A stretch of 64,000 bases of DNA from Negaprion brevirostris. Its lineage: Eukaryota. Made by a program: the position numbers and the translations under genes. Shown piece by piece: positions 1-14,100 of this stretch (within the stretch, counting starts at the first letter, position 1; every line of letters begins with the position of its first letter). Under the pieces are notes generated by a model. That model worked only from the letters and a program-made list of their open reading frames with translations. It ran no database searches and was not told the origin of the DNA. Location of the stretch: positions 6,946,508-7,010,507 of the forward strand of contig JARDVH010000121.1 of the NCBI GenBank assembly GCA_030324005.1. The letters run 5' to 3'.

Positions 1-2384
1 AGAAGCTGCACTTCACAACCAATGTTCTTTTTGTGGAAACAGATTCATTCATCATTTTATGTTCTGTCGAACGAAATAAGATGACGTGTATAAGTTTGCC
101 ACGTTAAAAGCAAGATTAAGAGACAAAATTACAAAGTAAAAATGCTGCACTTACTGGCCTATGTAGCATTTCATAGCAAAGGAATTCGGCATGCGATGAC
201 ATCCAGTACCACATTAGTTCAGTTTCAAAACATTGACATCTTGACGACTTCAATTTCATTGTTCCATATGTGAGTGAATAATACATTACGTCGTGGGGAT
301 GAAGAGGCTGTCTGTTTTTGTATACACTCTACTCAAGCGGAATGATTATAGGAAAACAGTTGCGAAGTGGAATGACTGAACAATCACAAAATGCACACAA
401 TGTTGAAACTGAGTTGATTACTTTGTCCTATTGCAACTTTCCAGTAATAAATGTGCTTCGCGAATAAGTCACCAAACGAATTCAAGCATGGAACTAAATG
501 CAAATAATGAAGGGTTGAGCACAGGTAATAAATACCACGGTACGGAGCGAAATTAGACTCGAGCTTCAGCACTACATTTGAGTTTGCCAATGGTAAGCTT
601 CAATTGTTTCATTCAAGGTATCATTCACCTGAACTACCAGAAACTGTACTTTTCTGTGAAGCATACCTACCCCAAGCCACGTGCCAAGAACAGTCAGTCA
701 ACCCCGATCAAGTTCCACTGAGCAATCCCAGGGAGATATTAAAATCAGAGATCACCACGTCATTTATCATTGCAAATAAATATTAAGCCAGTTATACTTC
801 CTGACCAGCAAGGAAGTATGTTGGCTTCATAGAACACGGTGATGAAGATATTATCATGACTGCAGAAAAGCATGGGTTAAGCTCATTCCTTATGGGCATA
901 GTGTCATCACACCTTACTCCTGAAGAAGAAAAAAGATCAATATTCAATAATGGTGTTTACTTACAAAACCTTTTTTGTTCACAATACTTATAATGTACAA
1001 TAGATATGGACACATTTTATAACATCAAAACATGTACATATAACGACAGTAAAGTCCGTTTCGGCCCTTGTCTTCCGCTATCCAGTTTTCTTCACCTTCC
1101 TTTCCTTGACACGCTACTATTCAGCTTCATTCTTCGTTCAGTTCAAAAATGTTCCTTCAAACTTCATCCTGCATTCATTCCAAATATAATCTCATTTCCG
1201 TTGTCGTGGTCATTAATTAACTCTGGTAATGGACTCGCACAACGAGGCTGGATAAGGAAGAGATAAGGAAGATACAATCTCACATTTTTAGTGAGGGTCA
1301 TTCAGGAAGGTAGCAATCTCAATTCCATGATATATGTCAATTGGACTTAAAAAATTGTCATGAAGTTTGACTCATTTGATTGCTCTGGATCTGCAGAACC
1401 GCATTCTGCGCGTTCTTCTCAGGACGCATGGTAAATTGTGATCGTTGTTGTCGCCATGCGGTGCAACCCACTGCATAGAGACCACTGTCACACTTATTGT
1501 TGCAGAAACAACCAGAATTTTCTAGAACACACGCACGAGTAGTACTGCTTCAGTGGGCATTAACGTCTGTAGAAACCAAACAGGTCCATGTTCCAGGCAT
1601 TTTACTTCAAATAATGGTACGGTTTAGGCAAACAATCACTTTTTCACATTGTTAGTCTTTTTTTCTGTGATCTGGCGGAATAGCGCACACCTCGTCGTCA
1701 ATCTCCATTTTGAGATCATACATAAGATTTGACTTATCTATCTATTCCTTCGCTCAGATGGTTAGTTGTGTTTGGCAATCGTTCTATTTATGTCCAGGTT
1801 ATTTCAGCAATTCAAGAACAGACGGCAAAACCGTTAGGTATGTGTCTCCAAACTTGCTCATGTCTTTCTTCATTTATCGCTCATTAACACGTTCTTCTTC
1901 TCCACCCACACCAGATTTACATAACCGAAGGAAATTTTCAGCTGCTGTATTTCAAACCGTTTAATTGGCAGCTTCCTCTTCTGGGCACCTGCGAATCTGG
2001 GAATATTATGTCAACAAGAAACAACATCTCGATCATGTAGAAATGTGGCAGTAATTCCCACCTTATTTCTACATATCTCTTGATGAGATTTTGATAAGAA
2101 TTTCAGTTTTTTTTTGTTTATTTCCCTCTGCAAGGTATCTTAATGACTGGTTCTAATTTTTCAAGGTGTAGTACAGGACTTCAACTTAGCTTCTTGACAG
2201 GAACATCCAAATCAGACAATCATTTGGCTAGAATTAAAGGATAACTGATGAATGGGAAATATATTTTGCCCTTACCTTTCAATGTTTTAAAATTTCAGAC
2301 TTGAGGCAATATGGATTCCTTCATTGATTGCTCAGTGCCCTGCGGAACTCTTTTTAAAACAATTTAGGTGTACATTGACGAAAA

Positions 2385-2978
2385 TCATCCAGTTAAACTC
2401 CTAACCCTCTGAATACAGCTGATCGGATTGGATCCATTTTTGTCCGTATCTTTGATGGCAATATGCTTCAGAACAGCTTGGTGTTCACTCTTACTCTGCT
2501 GAAGGCTCTGCAGCCTCGCCAAGACATCCTGGACCCTTGCATCAGGGAAGCAATATACTATCCTAGAAGCCTGTTTTCGTCCATTGAAACTGCTTTCCAT
2601 TCACCTTACAATAGAGTACCCTATCACCATAGCTCTGCTACAATTTTCCATGTCCTCATTTGCATCAGAGGCTGCCACGATGCCATATCCCTGGTTTCTG
2701 CTATCTTCCTGTGGTGAGCTAGTCCCCCAAACATTGTCCGAAAAGGTAGATCATTTCTGGAGGAAGATTACCACAGGTCTCGACTTCAACGCCTTCTTAC
2801 TGTTGCTCTATCTGCTGTTAACCCAATCCTATCTCCGTCAGTAATTTTTATATGTGGCGTGACCAACACGCGCACCGTAATATTCACAACTAGCTCACCA
2901 TCACAGAATCTCCAGAGTGAATCCATCCGCTTCAAATGGTACATCAAGAGCTGTAGGCGAACACACGTCTTGCACGTG
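2385..2978 (-). mobile_element. CR1 LINE ORF1 fragment (Cys/coiled-coil region plus SGNH esterase), degenerate; inverted relative to the adjacent ORF2
   Basis: Minus-strand translation gives CKTCVRLQLL...VLVTPH and GRKQASRIVYCFPDARVQDVLARLQ...AVLKHIAIKD. These match CR1 ORF1 motifs (CRKCVQLQLL; SRMVCCLPGARVQDVSERLQ; VVHIGTND). Confidence 0.85.
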
Positions 2979-2984
2979 ACCGAA

Positions 2985-5522
2985 AAGGCAGGTGTGTTGT
3001 TTTACTGAACGTCAGAATTCTGCAGAGTGCGGACAACTTCGGGAGTACAAGCTGTGAGACCATATTGGATGAACTCAGGAGCAGGAGCGGTACAGCCACA
3101 CTGCTCAGGTTGTGCTCCAGACCTCTCAGCAGCTACCGTGAGGCGACAGAGCTGGCATGTCAGTGCATCATGAGATTGTTTTTAAAGGAAGCAATATGGC
3201 TCTTGTGAGAGGCGATTTTAACTTCCCCAACAGAGACTGGCATTCTTTTATTGCCAGGAGTATGGATGGGTCAAAAAATGTTCAGTGTGTGCAAGAGTGT
3301 TTCTTCAGCTGGATAGATCGTACAACCTCGGATGTCATATCTTTGACCTGGTTCTGGGGGGAAAAAAAAGACCACACCGGTGATTGATATCTGGGTGTGG
3401 CGACATTTTATGAGCAGTGATTACAATTGTGTCCTTTTCAAGATAATTGCTGCAAACGATATCAGTAGTCCGAGATGAAAGTACTGCATTGGCGGAAATA
3501 CAGACTACGACAGACGTCGGCAGGAATTAAGGAATGTAAACTGCGAGTGGCTGTTTCAGGGTAAATTTATACACCATGAAGGGTAACCTTTGAATAGTCG
3601 TTTGTAAACAATTCAGGACAAGTATATCCATGCGAAAATGAAGGATAAAGGTGGCAAGGTACGGAAATTATGGATTACAAGTGAAATTGTGAGTTTAGTG
3701 AAAAAGAAGAGGCGGACATAAATTTCAGGAAACGGAATCCGGGTAACACTCNNNNNNNNNNNNNNNNNNNNNNNNNNNNNNNNNNNNNNNNNNNNNNNNN
3801 NNNNNNNNNNNNNNNNNNNNNNNNNNNNNNNNNNNNNNNNNNNNNNNNNNNNNNNGGGTAGATCTTTGCAAGAGAGTAGGTGGGTGGGGGTGGGGGGTGG
3901 AGTTGGCGCGAGGGAGGCGGGGTGGGGGGGAGGGTGGTAGAATTATGTTTGGAATGAGATGAGGCGGGTGAGGTCCTTAAAAAATACTTTGCATAAGTAT
4001 TCACAAATGAGAAGGATGTATCGGATGCTAAGTATAACAAGCATGATGCTGGCGTTTCAGGAAATGTATAGATGAAAGCAGAGGATGTATTGAAGGTTTT
4101 GATAAAACAAGCGTTAAAATGGAATAGTCCACGGGGCCAGATAAGGTCGACCCAAGTATACTAAAAGAGGTGAGGCAATATATTTCTATGGCCTTGTCCA
4201 AAATCTTTGCGTTCACCATTGCCAGGGGCGAGATCCCAGATTATGGAAGTTTAGCTAATAATGTTCCTCTGTTTAAATGGACAGAAGAAACATTTCGGAT
4301 TACGAAAGTGGTTGAGAAATTATTGAAGCAAATTCTTCAAAAAAAATCTTCAAAAAATTCTTCAAAACTGCACATCTGGAAGGGAATAGAAGTTTCAGCG
4401 ATATTCAGCATGGCATTCTGAAAGGAAGGTCTGTTATCACAAAAAAAAATGCTTGAAATAGTTGAAGAAGTGACAAGAAACAATGACCAGGGCAGCGCAG
4501 TGGATGTTGTGTGCCTGGCCCAGTTAATGCCTTCTGTCATGTTCCTGTTGGCAGACTGATACAGATGGTATACACGGTGAGTTTGTAAGATGGATACAAC
4601 ACTAGTATCATAATACCAGAAATGTAATTGGCCTGATTAGTAAATTTGCAGATGATAACAATTGGGAGAGAAGGGGTTAGTGAGAATGATTGTTTGAAGA
4701 TACACCATGAAATAAATTAGCTGGAGAATTAAGCCGAACGACGACAGATGGAATTTGACCTGCACAAGTGAGATTAGGAAAGTCAATCACAGAAGGAAAG
4801 TCAGCATTAAGTGATGGAGGCCTTAGAAATATTAGCATAAAAAGCGATGCAAGCATGCAGACAAACAATGCTCTAAAGATTTCAGATTAGGTGGGCAGCT
4901 GGTAATGGAGGGATGTGGCATGCTGACCTTCATCAGGACATTGAGGATTGGAATTACAAAATCATGACACAGTATGAGTCTTTCGCTTCTCCGCATGTAG
5001 GCTATTGCGGACAATTCTAGGTTTGCACGCTGCTGGAAGATTGCTAATACGTTGGAAAAAGTTCAGTAGATTTTTCAAAACATGCTGCATGGTCTGAGGA
5101 TGGTCTGAACAACTTATGTTTTGTTGTTGTTGTTTCATTGGAACTTCGTGCCCGAGGTGCGACCTGTTATAGGTTTGAAGTTAATGACATGTTTGGTCAG
5201 AGTTCATTTTTCCAAAACAAGAGGGTTAATTACTCGGGTCTTTGGTTGAAAGCGCGAGGAAAAAGTTCGAACAAGATGCAAGAGGGAGGTTTTTCAAGCA
5301 GAAAGTGGTGGCTGCCTGGAAGGTGCAGCCAGTGGAGGTGCTGGAAGCAGATTGTATATCAATATTCAAGAGGTACAGAAATAGATGTCTGATTAGCCGA
5401 GAAATGAGGGACATAGACACCATAGAGGCAAGAAAATATTTGATTTGAAAGACATCTGCGAGGGAACAGATTTGGTGTTGGATGGCCTGTTCTTCTGCTC
5501 TACTGTTATTTTCCTTGTTCTC
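2985..5522 (+). mobile_element. CR1 LINE ORF2 (APE endonuclease + RT) to the 3' end, heavily degenerate, contains a 103-N gap
   Basis: GDFNFPNRDW (endonuclease), ANNVPLFK, KFADD at ~4642-4656 (aaatttgcagatgat), FFKQKVVAAW C-terminus and a CR1-like 3'UTR (gatggcctgttcttctg). Confidence 0.9.
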
Positions 5523-6799
5523 AAAGAGAAGAGGAATTGTTGTAATGAGGTGAAGTTCGGAAAGCGAGTGTGGGACGAGGGGAAAAGTTGGTGGAAGAAT
5601 GGGATGGGGATTGGGAAATAGATAGCGAAGGGTTTGGGTTTTATATGTAGCCTGGCCCTTTCATGCTGACCTCAATGGATTAAAAACAACTTCCGTTAAG
5701 AATCAGATGCAAGCGAGATGTTGCAACTGTGGGTGGCAATGCCTCCAGATTGTCGAGCTTGACAGCATTCTGCAACACGTGGTTCGCGTCAGCTTTCAGC
5801 GGATTTGCAATTGCCACGTTAAGGGTACAATTTCCTGATGCGTTTGAACTAGCCAAGTTACACAAGGATAAAAGTTGCAATAGAGTAGCTCCAAAACAAG
5901 GGTTTAACACCGCTTAATGTATATTGAAAACTCATTTTTTAAATTCATCCCAGACACTTGTGACCATCCATATGCATGATCAAACTTGTTTTACTAGAAT
6001 TAGTTGTCACGATAAAGTTGAAGCAAAATATCTCATCTTTGTTTACATATACCTGAAACAAAATTTTAAAATAATGCACACACACAAGAAAAAACACCCA
6101 AAATAATTTCTGCTGCCTCTATGAGCAGCAGCTGGCCAAAGCACAACAGTGTAAATACGTAAGGATGGTGGCTGGGATTTCAGGACCTCCAGCTTTCAGA
6201 ACCTCAGAGGTTCGGAATTGGCGTTCTTTCAGCACAGATGCGCCAGAACTTCCCTGATTACCAACACGTAACTGTGGCTCATAATTTATTAAACCCGGCC
6301 AATAACTCCTCGAAATTAATTAAAGCTGTGCAATTGCAATGCAATAACATTTGGAGTTCCAGTAGATACTTGCGTCATCGTCAGTAGATATTGATTTCCA
6401 CACTTTGTTTCAGAGCGCTCTTCTACAAAACCAAATAAGAATTTGCTCAAAGGGTTCCTCCAATACTAGAATGTCTAATAGGTGTACAGATTTTGTCACG
6501 ATTCGAGGTCTTGTAATAGTTTGTATGAATGTTGTGAATGGAAAGGAATTCAATCACATATTCACGCAGCCAAGGCGAATATATTTTTTAGTTTGAATAC
6601 GTACTCCCAAAAGACTTCTCACTGCCACCTAAGGGACTAGCCGCGAAAACCATTTACATAACACACTAGTAATACCACTCAATGAACGTTGGCCAGTTGC
6701 TCATCTGCCCAACCGTGGAAATGTTTCAATTTATTAATTAAAACATAATTTTAAGGTAATAACATTCCGGTGTGCACATAGACGCTTTATCTCTACATG

Positions 6800-7440
6800 T
6801 TAATCTTGTAATTCTTCTAAGTTGTTGTAAAAAAAAGGTCCACATCGTCCTGCACCTGTCTCCTTTTCCAACTCTCTGATCAGAATTGCATTCTCAAAAT
6901 GAACTTCGCCTTCATCTTCACTCTTTGCTATGACACAATCAGGAACAAGCGCAAAATGTGAGTCATTTAACAACTCAATTGTTTGATTTTCCACTGTTTT
7001 TTCAACCGCACCAGGGATCACTCCTTCCTGTGATCCAGCTGTATCGCCAGTCAAGATAAACAGTTCACCTGGACAATATCATTTCTCTATTAATCCTGCC
7101 AACACGTCATCAATTTTCGCTGGACTCTCTGCCGACATGTTTTCAATGGAGGACGACTGTTGGCACCCTGATTACCATGTATTAACAGCCTGACGGGAAG
7201 TTCTCCAGCCAACCATATCACTCCACACCTCTCACCATCAAAGTTGATGCATCACTGTTTATCTAAAAATTCTAACATTTTTTGCCTGGTCTCCATGGCA
7301 CACTACTGAGCTTTCCCCACGCAAGTAAGCTCTTCAAAGAGATTTGGCATTTTCTCATCAACCAGAACGTCACCGGCTATTTTTCCACCTCTTTAAATTT
7401 AAAAGTTTCTTCACATTCGTTGGGGGAATATAAGATCATC
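6800..7440 (-). mobile_element. Very old CR1-type RT fragment
   Basis: Ordered degenerate RT motifs: NLFEELT (~NLIEFFEEVT), FLDK (~AFDK), TAGSQEGVIPG (~SGVPQGSVLG), LLND..CVIAKSEDE (~YIND..CNISKFADD), QVQDDVD (~LQGDID). Confidence 0.55.
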
Positions 7441-9517
7441 ACCCCTCTTCTTCTACAAGTAATTATTACATAGACACATCAAATTATTTTGAATTGGATT
7501 GTGAAGGTGGAGGAATTATTGAACGAAACAACATGTTTTATTCGACAGGGCACACATTCAAATACATCGTTAAATATCCTTGCGTACCATCCTTTGTCTT
7601 TGTAAGTTCTGCCGAGTAAAATAAACGTAGTCATAATTATATGGTTCATCGTAGTTAATATAAATAAGAGACCGAATTTGCAATATACATTGATAATGGT
7701 ATATGACAACTGTGCCAATGGTGACATAACGATGCATGACAGTCAGCCAATCGTCGGATACCGTTGGGTCATTTGAGGTCACAATACATTAACTCATTGA
7801 TTGCACACAAAAGCAGCGATGATGCATGAAAAATATAATAGGTGTGCAGTGCAAAGTTTTTTTTTTTCCCACGGTTGAATACCTCATTGCAGAAGTTCAC
7901 TTGTGATGCGGTGTGATAGTTAGATTTTATATAAAATACCGACAGCTGCACCCATGAAAAAATGTATGAAAGTGCCAGCATCCCAAACAAAGGTGTCCCG
8001 ACGTTTTATTTTTCTAGTGACAACTCTGAATCATAGCTAAATTAAAAATCAAATGCGTATTTAGTGAACACGTTTTCTTTTAAACAGGCAGTGAATTGGT
8101 AACTGGAAAAAAAAACTTCAGTTTGAGAATATCAAAGGACATTGAAATGATACAATGGAGACAAATTTGACCAGAATATTCGAGCCATGCTGATCGACAG
8201 CAAAAATTCCGCAAAACAAGACCTGATTGAAAGAACACTTACAACAAAAACACAAAACCAAACGAAAAAAAAACAACAGACTTATGTCACGGTGTAACGA
8301 TCTGATTGTTTTATTTTTGATTCAATGTTCGTGCCAATGAATGCTAATACTGGCAATTGCTAATGATCTGTAATGGGTATCATGGCGTCACTTTCATGTT
8401 GTCCATCGGTGGGGGCGGTATATCTGCAGAAAGATTCGCGCGGGCTTCTGACCTGAAGACCAAGATGCAGTCAATGACAGAACACATCTTGTTTGAGCCA
8501 AAATTGTTCAGCCGGATTGGTGTGTCCAAATTGTATGTGAAATGTCATCTGAGATCGAAATGTCAGAGCATTCCTGAACCCTCACGCTATCAAAACCAAC
8601 ATGCATTGATCGCATGTGCAACAATATAGCAAATGACAGAACTATTTTGTAGTATCAGTGTGAACTCAGTTGTTACCAGCGGTATCCAATTATCTGAAAG
8701 GCTTACTTAATGTTCTTCTTAAATTACGCCCTCACACTCACGTTACATTGTAGATTTTACCTCAACTCCAGTCAAAACGTTTCATTTTTGAACGATGTCT
8801 ATGATTCGACTCCTCTGATCTGCCCAAACTCTATGTTTATCTTCTCCCGACCGTCTTTTAAATACTTCAGTACTTGACTTCAAAGTTTGCGAAGCATTAC
8901 TGTCAAGGCCTTTGTTTTTTTTACATTTTTAAAGGAACATTTCCATTTTTTTTCTCAAATTGTTTTATGTTGATTTTCACATTTGGCTGGCAACGTATAA
9001 TTAAACTTGTTAAACTTGCTCTTTTTTTGTGAAATGCAGAAAAAGGCCATAATTCTTTGTCCTACAACGCCCCCCCCCCCCACCCCACCCCAGGCAGACG
9101 ATTAATACTTATTAAACGAAACGCCTTTCCCTTTTCTCCCGAGAATTAAGGTTGCTTCCATGGATCTCAGCAGTGTGGTTAAATACCGCGTCTGTATGTA
9201 TAATCAAAGTTATCCAGATTATTTTCAATGCCAGGTAGTAGCAGGAACCGCGCTAGAAAATTATCATTATCATTAATATAAAATTGTTGTTTTTATTGTT
9301 AATGTGCAAATGAGAGTCATTATGATCAACCTTCATTTACCGTCGCTCTTTTGGGCGAAAAGTCCTAACACGGCTATTTTCCCTATTTCGCTGAGGACAA
9401 TCAGTCCAAACACGAAGCTGGTCAATCTTATCTGCAGCATTGTGATTGAACATCATCACCTCATGTGCTGCCAAACTGGGCATGTCAATGTTTTCGGCAG
9501 TTGTTCAATAGTGACAT

Positions 9518-9850
9518 GGGGAAGGCGCGGCTGAGTGGTATGCTTGGTGGACGAGAAATTCACTGACCCAGGAAAATCTGCTTATGGCCCTGGATGATAT
9601 GGATTATAATTCAGCAAAAAAATCTACTGAAGGCCTTAAAACCACTTTCAAGTGCCCTTGGTTGACAAAAATCCCTTAGCGAAGATATCTGCCATTTTAC
9701 CAAGTCTGGCCTAAATGAGAATCCAGCCTCCAAGAAATGTGGGTAACTCTTAAGTAGCTTTGAAATGGCATAGAAAGCCAGATTTATCTCGGACAATTCG
9801 GACTGGATAACAAACACAGGCTCAGGAAGGGGTGTCCATGTCCTAAAAAC
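9518..9850 (+). mobile_element. Deu-domain SINE (SacSINE1-like), degenerate
   Basis: tRNA-like head (ggctgagtggta), then the Deu-like core gatatctgccattttaccaagtctggccta...tgtgggtaactcttaa...gaaatggc. Confidence 0.65.
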
Positions 9851-9959
9851 TTACAAAAAACAGAAACAGGATTTACAATGCACGTCACATGAAACATTGG
9901 TGCTTCGGTTGCTGTTGAAAATTTCTACAGCGGTGTATATGCGAGAATAAGACAGGTTG

Positions 9960-10360
9960 TTTGGAAGAATACACCGCATCTCAAAGAAACACATACATTT
10001 CTAATATGGTTTGGCGGAGTACGATCACATTAAATGTTCTTAATGGTTGGAAAATCCATCAGTATTTGTCAGAATTTGAGGATGAGGGATTACCGTTTTG
10101 GAACAGAAATGAAGAGTAATTACTTTGCTCAGAGAATAATGAATGCGTGGAATTCATCGACACATAATTTACTTGAAACCAAATAATTAATTAGCTTCAA
10201 GAAGTGATTAGATATAGTTCCGGGAGTGAAAATGATAAGGGGATATGGGGAGAAGGGAGCATCAAGAAATCTAATTTTGTCTTTAGCTATGATGACAATG
10301 AATTCGAGAAGATAATCAGACGTCCCAATGACCTACTGCTGCTTCTACTTCCTCTGGTTT
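9960..10360 (+). mobile_element. CR1 3' fragment, old
   Basis: Matches the CR1 ORF2 C-terminus and 3'UTR (gaaatgaagagtaattactttgctcagaga...tggaattc; ggggatatggggagaagg; aatgacctactgctgcttcta). Confidence 0.75.
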
Positions 10361-10805
10361 CACGCTTTTAAATTGCATCATTGTGCAATTTAGCAAGACT
10401 TCTTTTTTGGCTGAAGTGTTATTATTCTACATGTTGCCCAATATTTGATAAGTATTGTTTCAGCTAATTCATTTTTTTCCAAAATCTCTTCCCTCCCTTT
10501 TTTTTTTAACTGGTAGCAGCAGAGAATTCTTTGATATGTTATTGGTCGAAAGTTTAATTAAATACTCAAAACAACATTAATTTTCGAGGCTAGTTTGGGT
10601 CGTTCATCCAGACGCTGCAATATTACTTCTGGCGTTTTTTTTTCTACTTTTTGGCAGGATAACTCATTTGCATTATGCGTTTCGATTTTGCATAATCTAA
10701 ATGTTATTTTTCGTCCCTTCAAATCGTATTGTCAATCACTTCTATAGTCAAAATATATCCGAATTTGGACATCAAAATTCAGTGATGCTGTGCTTGTACG
10801 CAAGA

Positions 10806-11117
10806 CGGCAGCAATCAAAGGTAGCGCAGTAGTTCGCACCAAATCGGTTTGAATCCCGATTTGGTCACTGTCTGTGTGAAATTTGCATATTCTCCCGTAT
10901 CCGCATGGATTTCCTTTGTGCAATCTAATTTCTTCCCACAGCCCAATGCTGTGCAAATTAGTTGGATGTGTCATGCTAAATTGTCCCTTCGTGTGCGGGG
11001 GAACAATCAAGTAAACCACGGGTTAATGGGATCAGGCCTGTGATTGTTTGTCGTAGATGGAGATTCGATGGGCCGAATGTCCTCCGTCCACACTGCAGAA
11101 TTTTATGATTCAATGAT
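10806..11117 (+). mobile_element. HE1-type tRNA-derived SINE
   Basis: HE1 core cactgtctgtgtgaaatttgcatattctcccgtatccgcatgg...catgctaaattgtccc, and a CR1-like tail gatgggccgaatg. Confidence 0.85.
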
Positions 11118-14100
11118 CTGAAAGGCAGAAACAAATCCAAAATTGATACTGGAAATTGATTTATCCCAGTGGCAAAATAAAATGGACTACTGCCCAAAAC
11201 AATAATCAAACTTCGGTCATGCTTAAGATATTTATACAAGGAAAACATGGCATCATCAGATAGTTAAATCATTAGCGATGCTGTTGAGATTAGTGATGTA
11301 TTACTGCTGTCCCATGTTAGTGACACACCATAAGCTTAGAAACAGTTCCGAATATTGGCACGAACGACAGTTCCAATCAAGAAAACGAATTTGAAAAGAA
11401 CGGTTTTCTAATATATTGAAAAGTTTGTGGATGCGGTGCAGCCATGTATGTCAAGGAAGCTCCTTGCTAATCACACAACTGTAAAAAGTATTTAGTTATT
11501 GGTAATGACATGAGATGCAATGACAAGGCAGAGGAAGCAAGATCAAAATACACTTTGTACTTAACCTACTGAACGGAAAACCATTAGGGTTGCGTGCAAG
11601 TCAGAAAAAGACAGAATTTTGTAAAACATAGAATATTATTACTGGCATTCTTTCATTTCAAGTGGAACACCAATCGACACAAAGGCCGTTATTGAGTTTT
11701 TTTTTTGGCTGTTCAAAATACAGTTCATAAGTAATTGTTTTGTTGTTTGTTCAGAGTTAGCTGTTTGGTAACACCAGCAAACCAATGGAGTTCCTCTCTT
11801 CCTATTTCCAAATTGTAATGTTCATCAGCATCTACTCTTCCAACGTTTCAAATTTAAATGGACAATTTAAGCTCATTCTTCAGACGCAAACTAGCATCCT
11901 CGTTTATTTTAGTTTCCACCTCTTAAATTCCATCTTTCATGTGGCAGTTATAAGTTGGGAACTTCTAATATCTGTGTAGTTGAAGGAAATAACCGCTGGG
12001 GGGAAAAATGACTGTTCATGAAGCTTTGGTCTCATCACAGAAGAGAGTAAAAACATCTTATGTTGACGCAGAAATACGAAGGAGCGAAGTATGTTGCACA
12101 ATGGAAAACATTTTAACAGAATGAGGATGGCATTGCTCGTAAAGTTCAACAGATATTTAGAGTTTTCGTTATTTGCCGAGTTGAAGAAAAGATCCCTAAC
12201 GGAAGCGTTATCAGAACATATTTTGAAACATCCCCATAGATTAAAATTGGGAAAATATTTAAATTATCGATGATAGAATCGATATTGTTCACGGAAACAA
12301 CTTCATTGCATCAGGATCAGAAGGGGATTTTGAAAACAGGAAACGGATTTAATTTAGCATGTGTTGTTATCATCTGAACAAAGCATGTTGCCTCTGGGAG
12401 TGTATCCATATAGCAGCATGTGTCAGAAACACATTGGCGTTTGTGAAGAACAGAGATCATTAGACATTTGTTGCAAAACGACTACGGCTATTTTTATTAC
12501 TTTATTAAAGATGGAACTTGGAACTGAATGCACTCCAGGATTTCAGCACTATGTAACTTAATAAAATGACTGCACTTGATACAAACATTACGCATTAACG
12601 TGTCAATAAATTTGAAAAGAAAAAAAAAGCCAGACTGTGAACAAAGCCTTTCCAAGATGAATGGTTTTACCTGATAGCTGCACATTCCATGTTTGATCAA
12701 TATAGAAAATTATCATGTAATCTATTAGAACAAAGTCACAGACTTTCAACTCCAGTCTTCCTTGTGTCATTATCATAAGTTCAATTTAAATAAATGTTAA
12801 CTGCATTTCCTGAACAGATGGCAGAGTGGGAAATAAATGTAAAGGCGCCCTCGTCGATCGACTGCACACCGAAGTATCATTTATTCCTGTAGTTGTTACC
12901 TGCATTTGTCTTGGCAAGTTCTATCAGGGGAAAAAAAATAAGAAGGCATCAAGGAAAGAACACCTGAATGTCTGTCCACAACGTACGGCCCTTCTTACCA
13001 AGTGATTGATTCTACTTTCTGCTTTCAGCAATTTTCCATTGCACTCTTCTGCCTCGTCCGATGTCCCCACATGCAAAAATCTGTAACTATCCATCAGTAT
13101 TTCTTAGAGTTTGATCGAAACTTGCCGCTGCTTTATCTCAAAATAAGCACGCGCCAGACTCTCCTTCTGAACCACTGTAAAGGAAAGTATTTAGTCAGAC
13201 CAAACAAACATCAGATTCTCCTTCTGAGCCCATGCAACAGAATGTATGCAGTGTATAAAATATTGTTCAATTCAAAACATTTGTCTACTTCTAGATCAGA
13301 TGGAATTGCTTCCCTTTGTTCCATCAGATAGCATTATGATATTCCTTTGGAATGGAATTCAATTATATGTCCACAGTTTTGATTAACTAATAATTATCCA
13401 ATCTAAACTGGGCAGTGTGAATTTCAGAAACATCTGGATTTGTTGGCTCATTCTGTGTTATAACAACTAACATATCATTGTTTTTTTTTTGTTTTCCTGT
13501 CTGCGTGTCAGCTGAGCCTTTACTGACGGCACACACTCTGAGTTGTGCTTTTATCTGGCCTTCTTGTCCAACAATTCACCTCATTCAATCCCCACTCGAT
13601 TTGATAAGGCCGACTAAAACTAAACTTTTTCAGCTTCATCTATCACTGGAAATACAATTAATATTTTATCCCCGTTAGCACAGCAGTGATGTTTTGATTC
13701 ATTTTGCTCCAATAATTTCATCACATTCTTTGACGCTTTTATCTGCATTCTTCTGAATTCGCCAGCCTTTTTAAAGTTTGTTTAACGTTTGACACATAGG
13801 CTAATAATGCCTCTCAGAAAGTTGACCCAACCATTCTTCCAGGTTTAACGTAAACGATCCTCTTTCCTCGTGACTGAAAAAAAAAATTCTACAGGGCTAA
13901 ATATGTTTGATACATTAGACGGATGCTCAATTGCAGAACCTACAAATTACAGAACCGTAGGATTCCTTCTAAAAAAATCTTCAGACAATCTTGACTGGAA
14001 GCCCTCAGAATGGTCTGTAATTTGTTTTGCAATTCTTCTGACACTCCATCTGATTCTGAATATTACGTCGTTTATTTCAACTACTTTTCTTCCAAGTTGT

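Noticed and set aside
1040-1990. Purine-rich minus-strand stretches with apparent splice acceptors
   Set aside because: All frames I translated contain stops, and the sequence resembles very old CR1 ORF2 C-terminus and 3'UTR.
7440-7990. Possible class A GPCR TM6-TM7 relic (PNGIRRL, TTMNHII, ELMYC) on the minus strand
   Set aside because: The motifs lie in different frames and point to different receptors. Too many frameshifts are needed. A frameshift-aware search would settle it.
12998-13175. Minus-strand exon-like segment with a good acceptor and a GTAAGA donor
   Set aside because: Stops in all three frames; resembles an old CR1 3'UTR.
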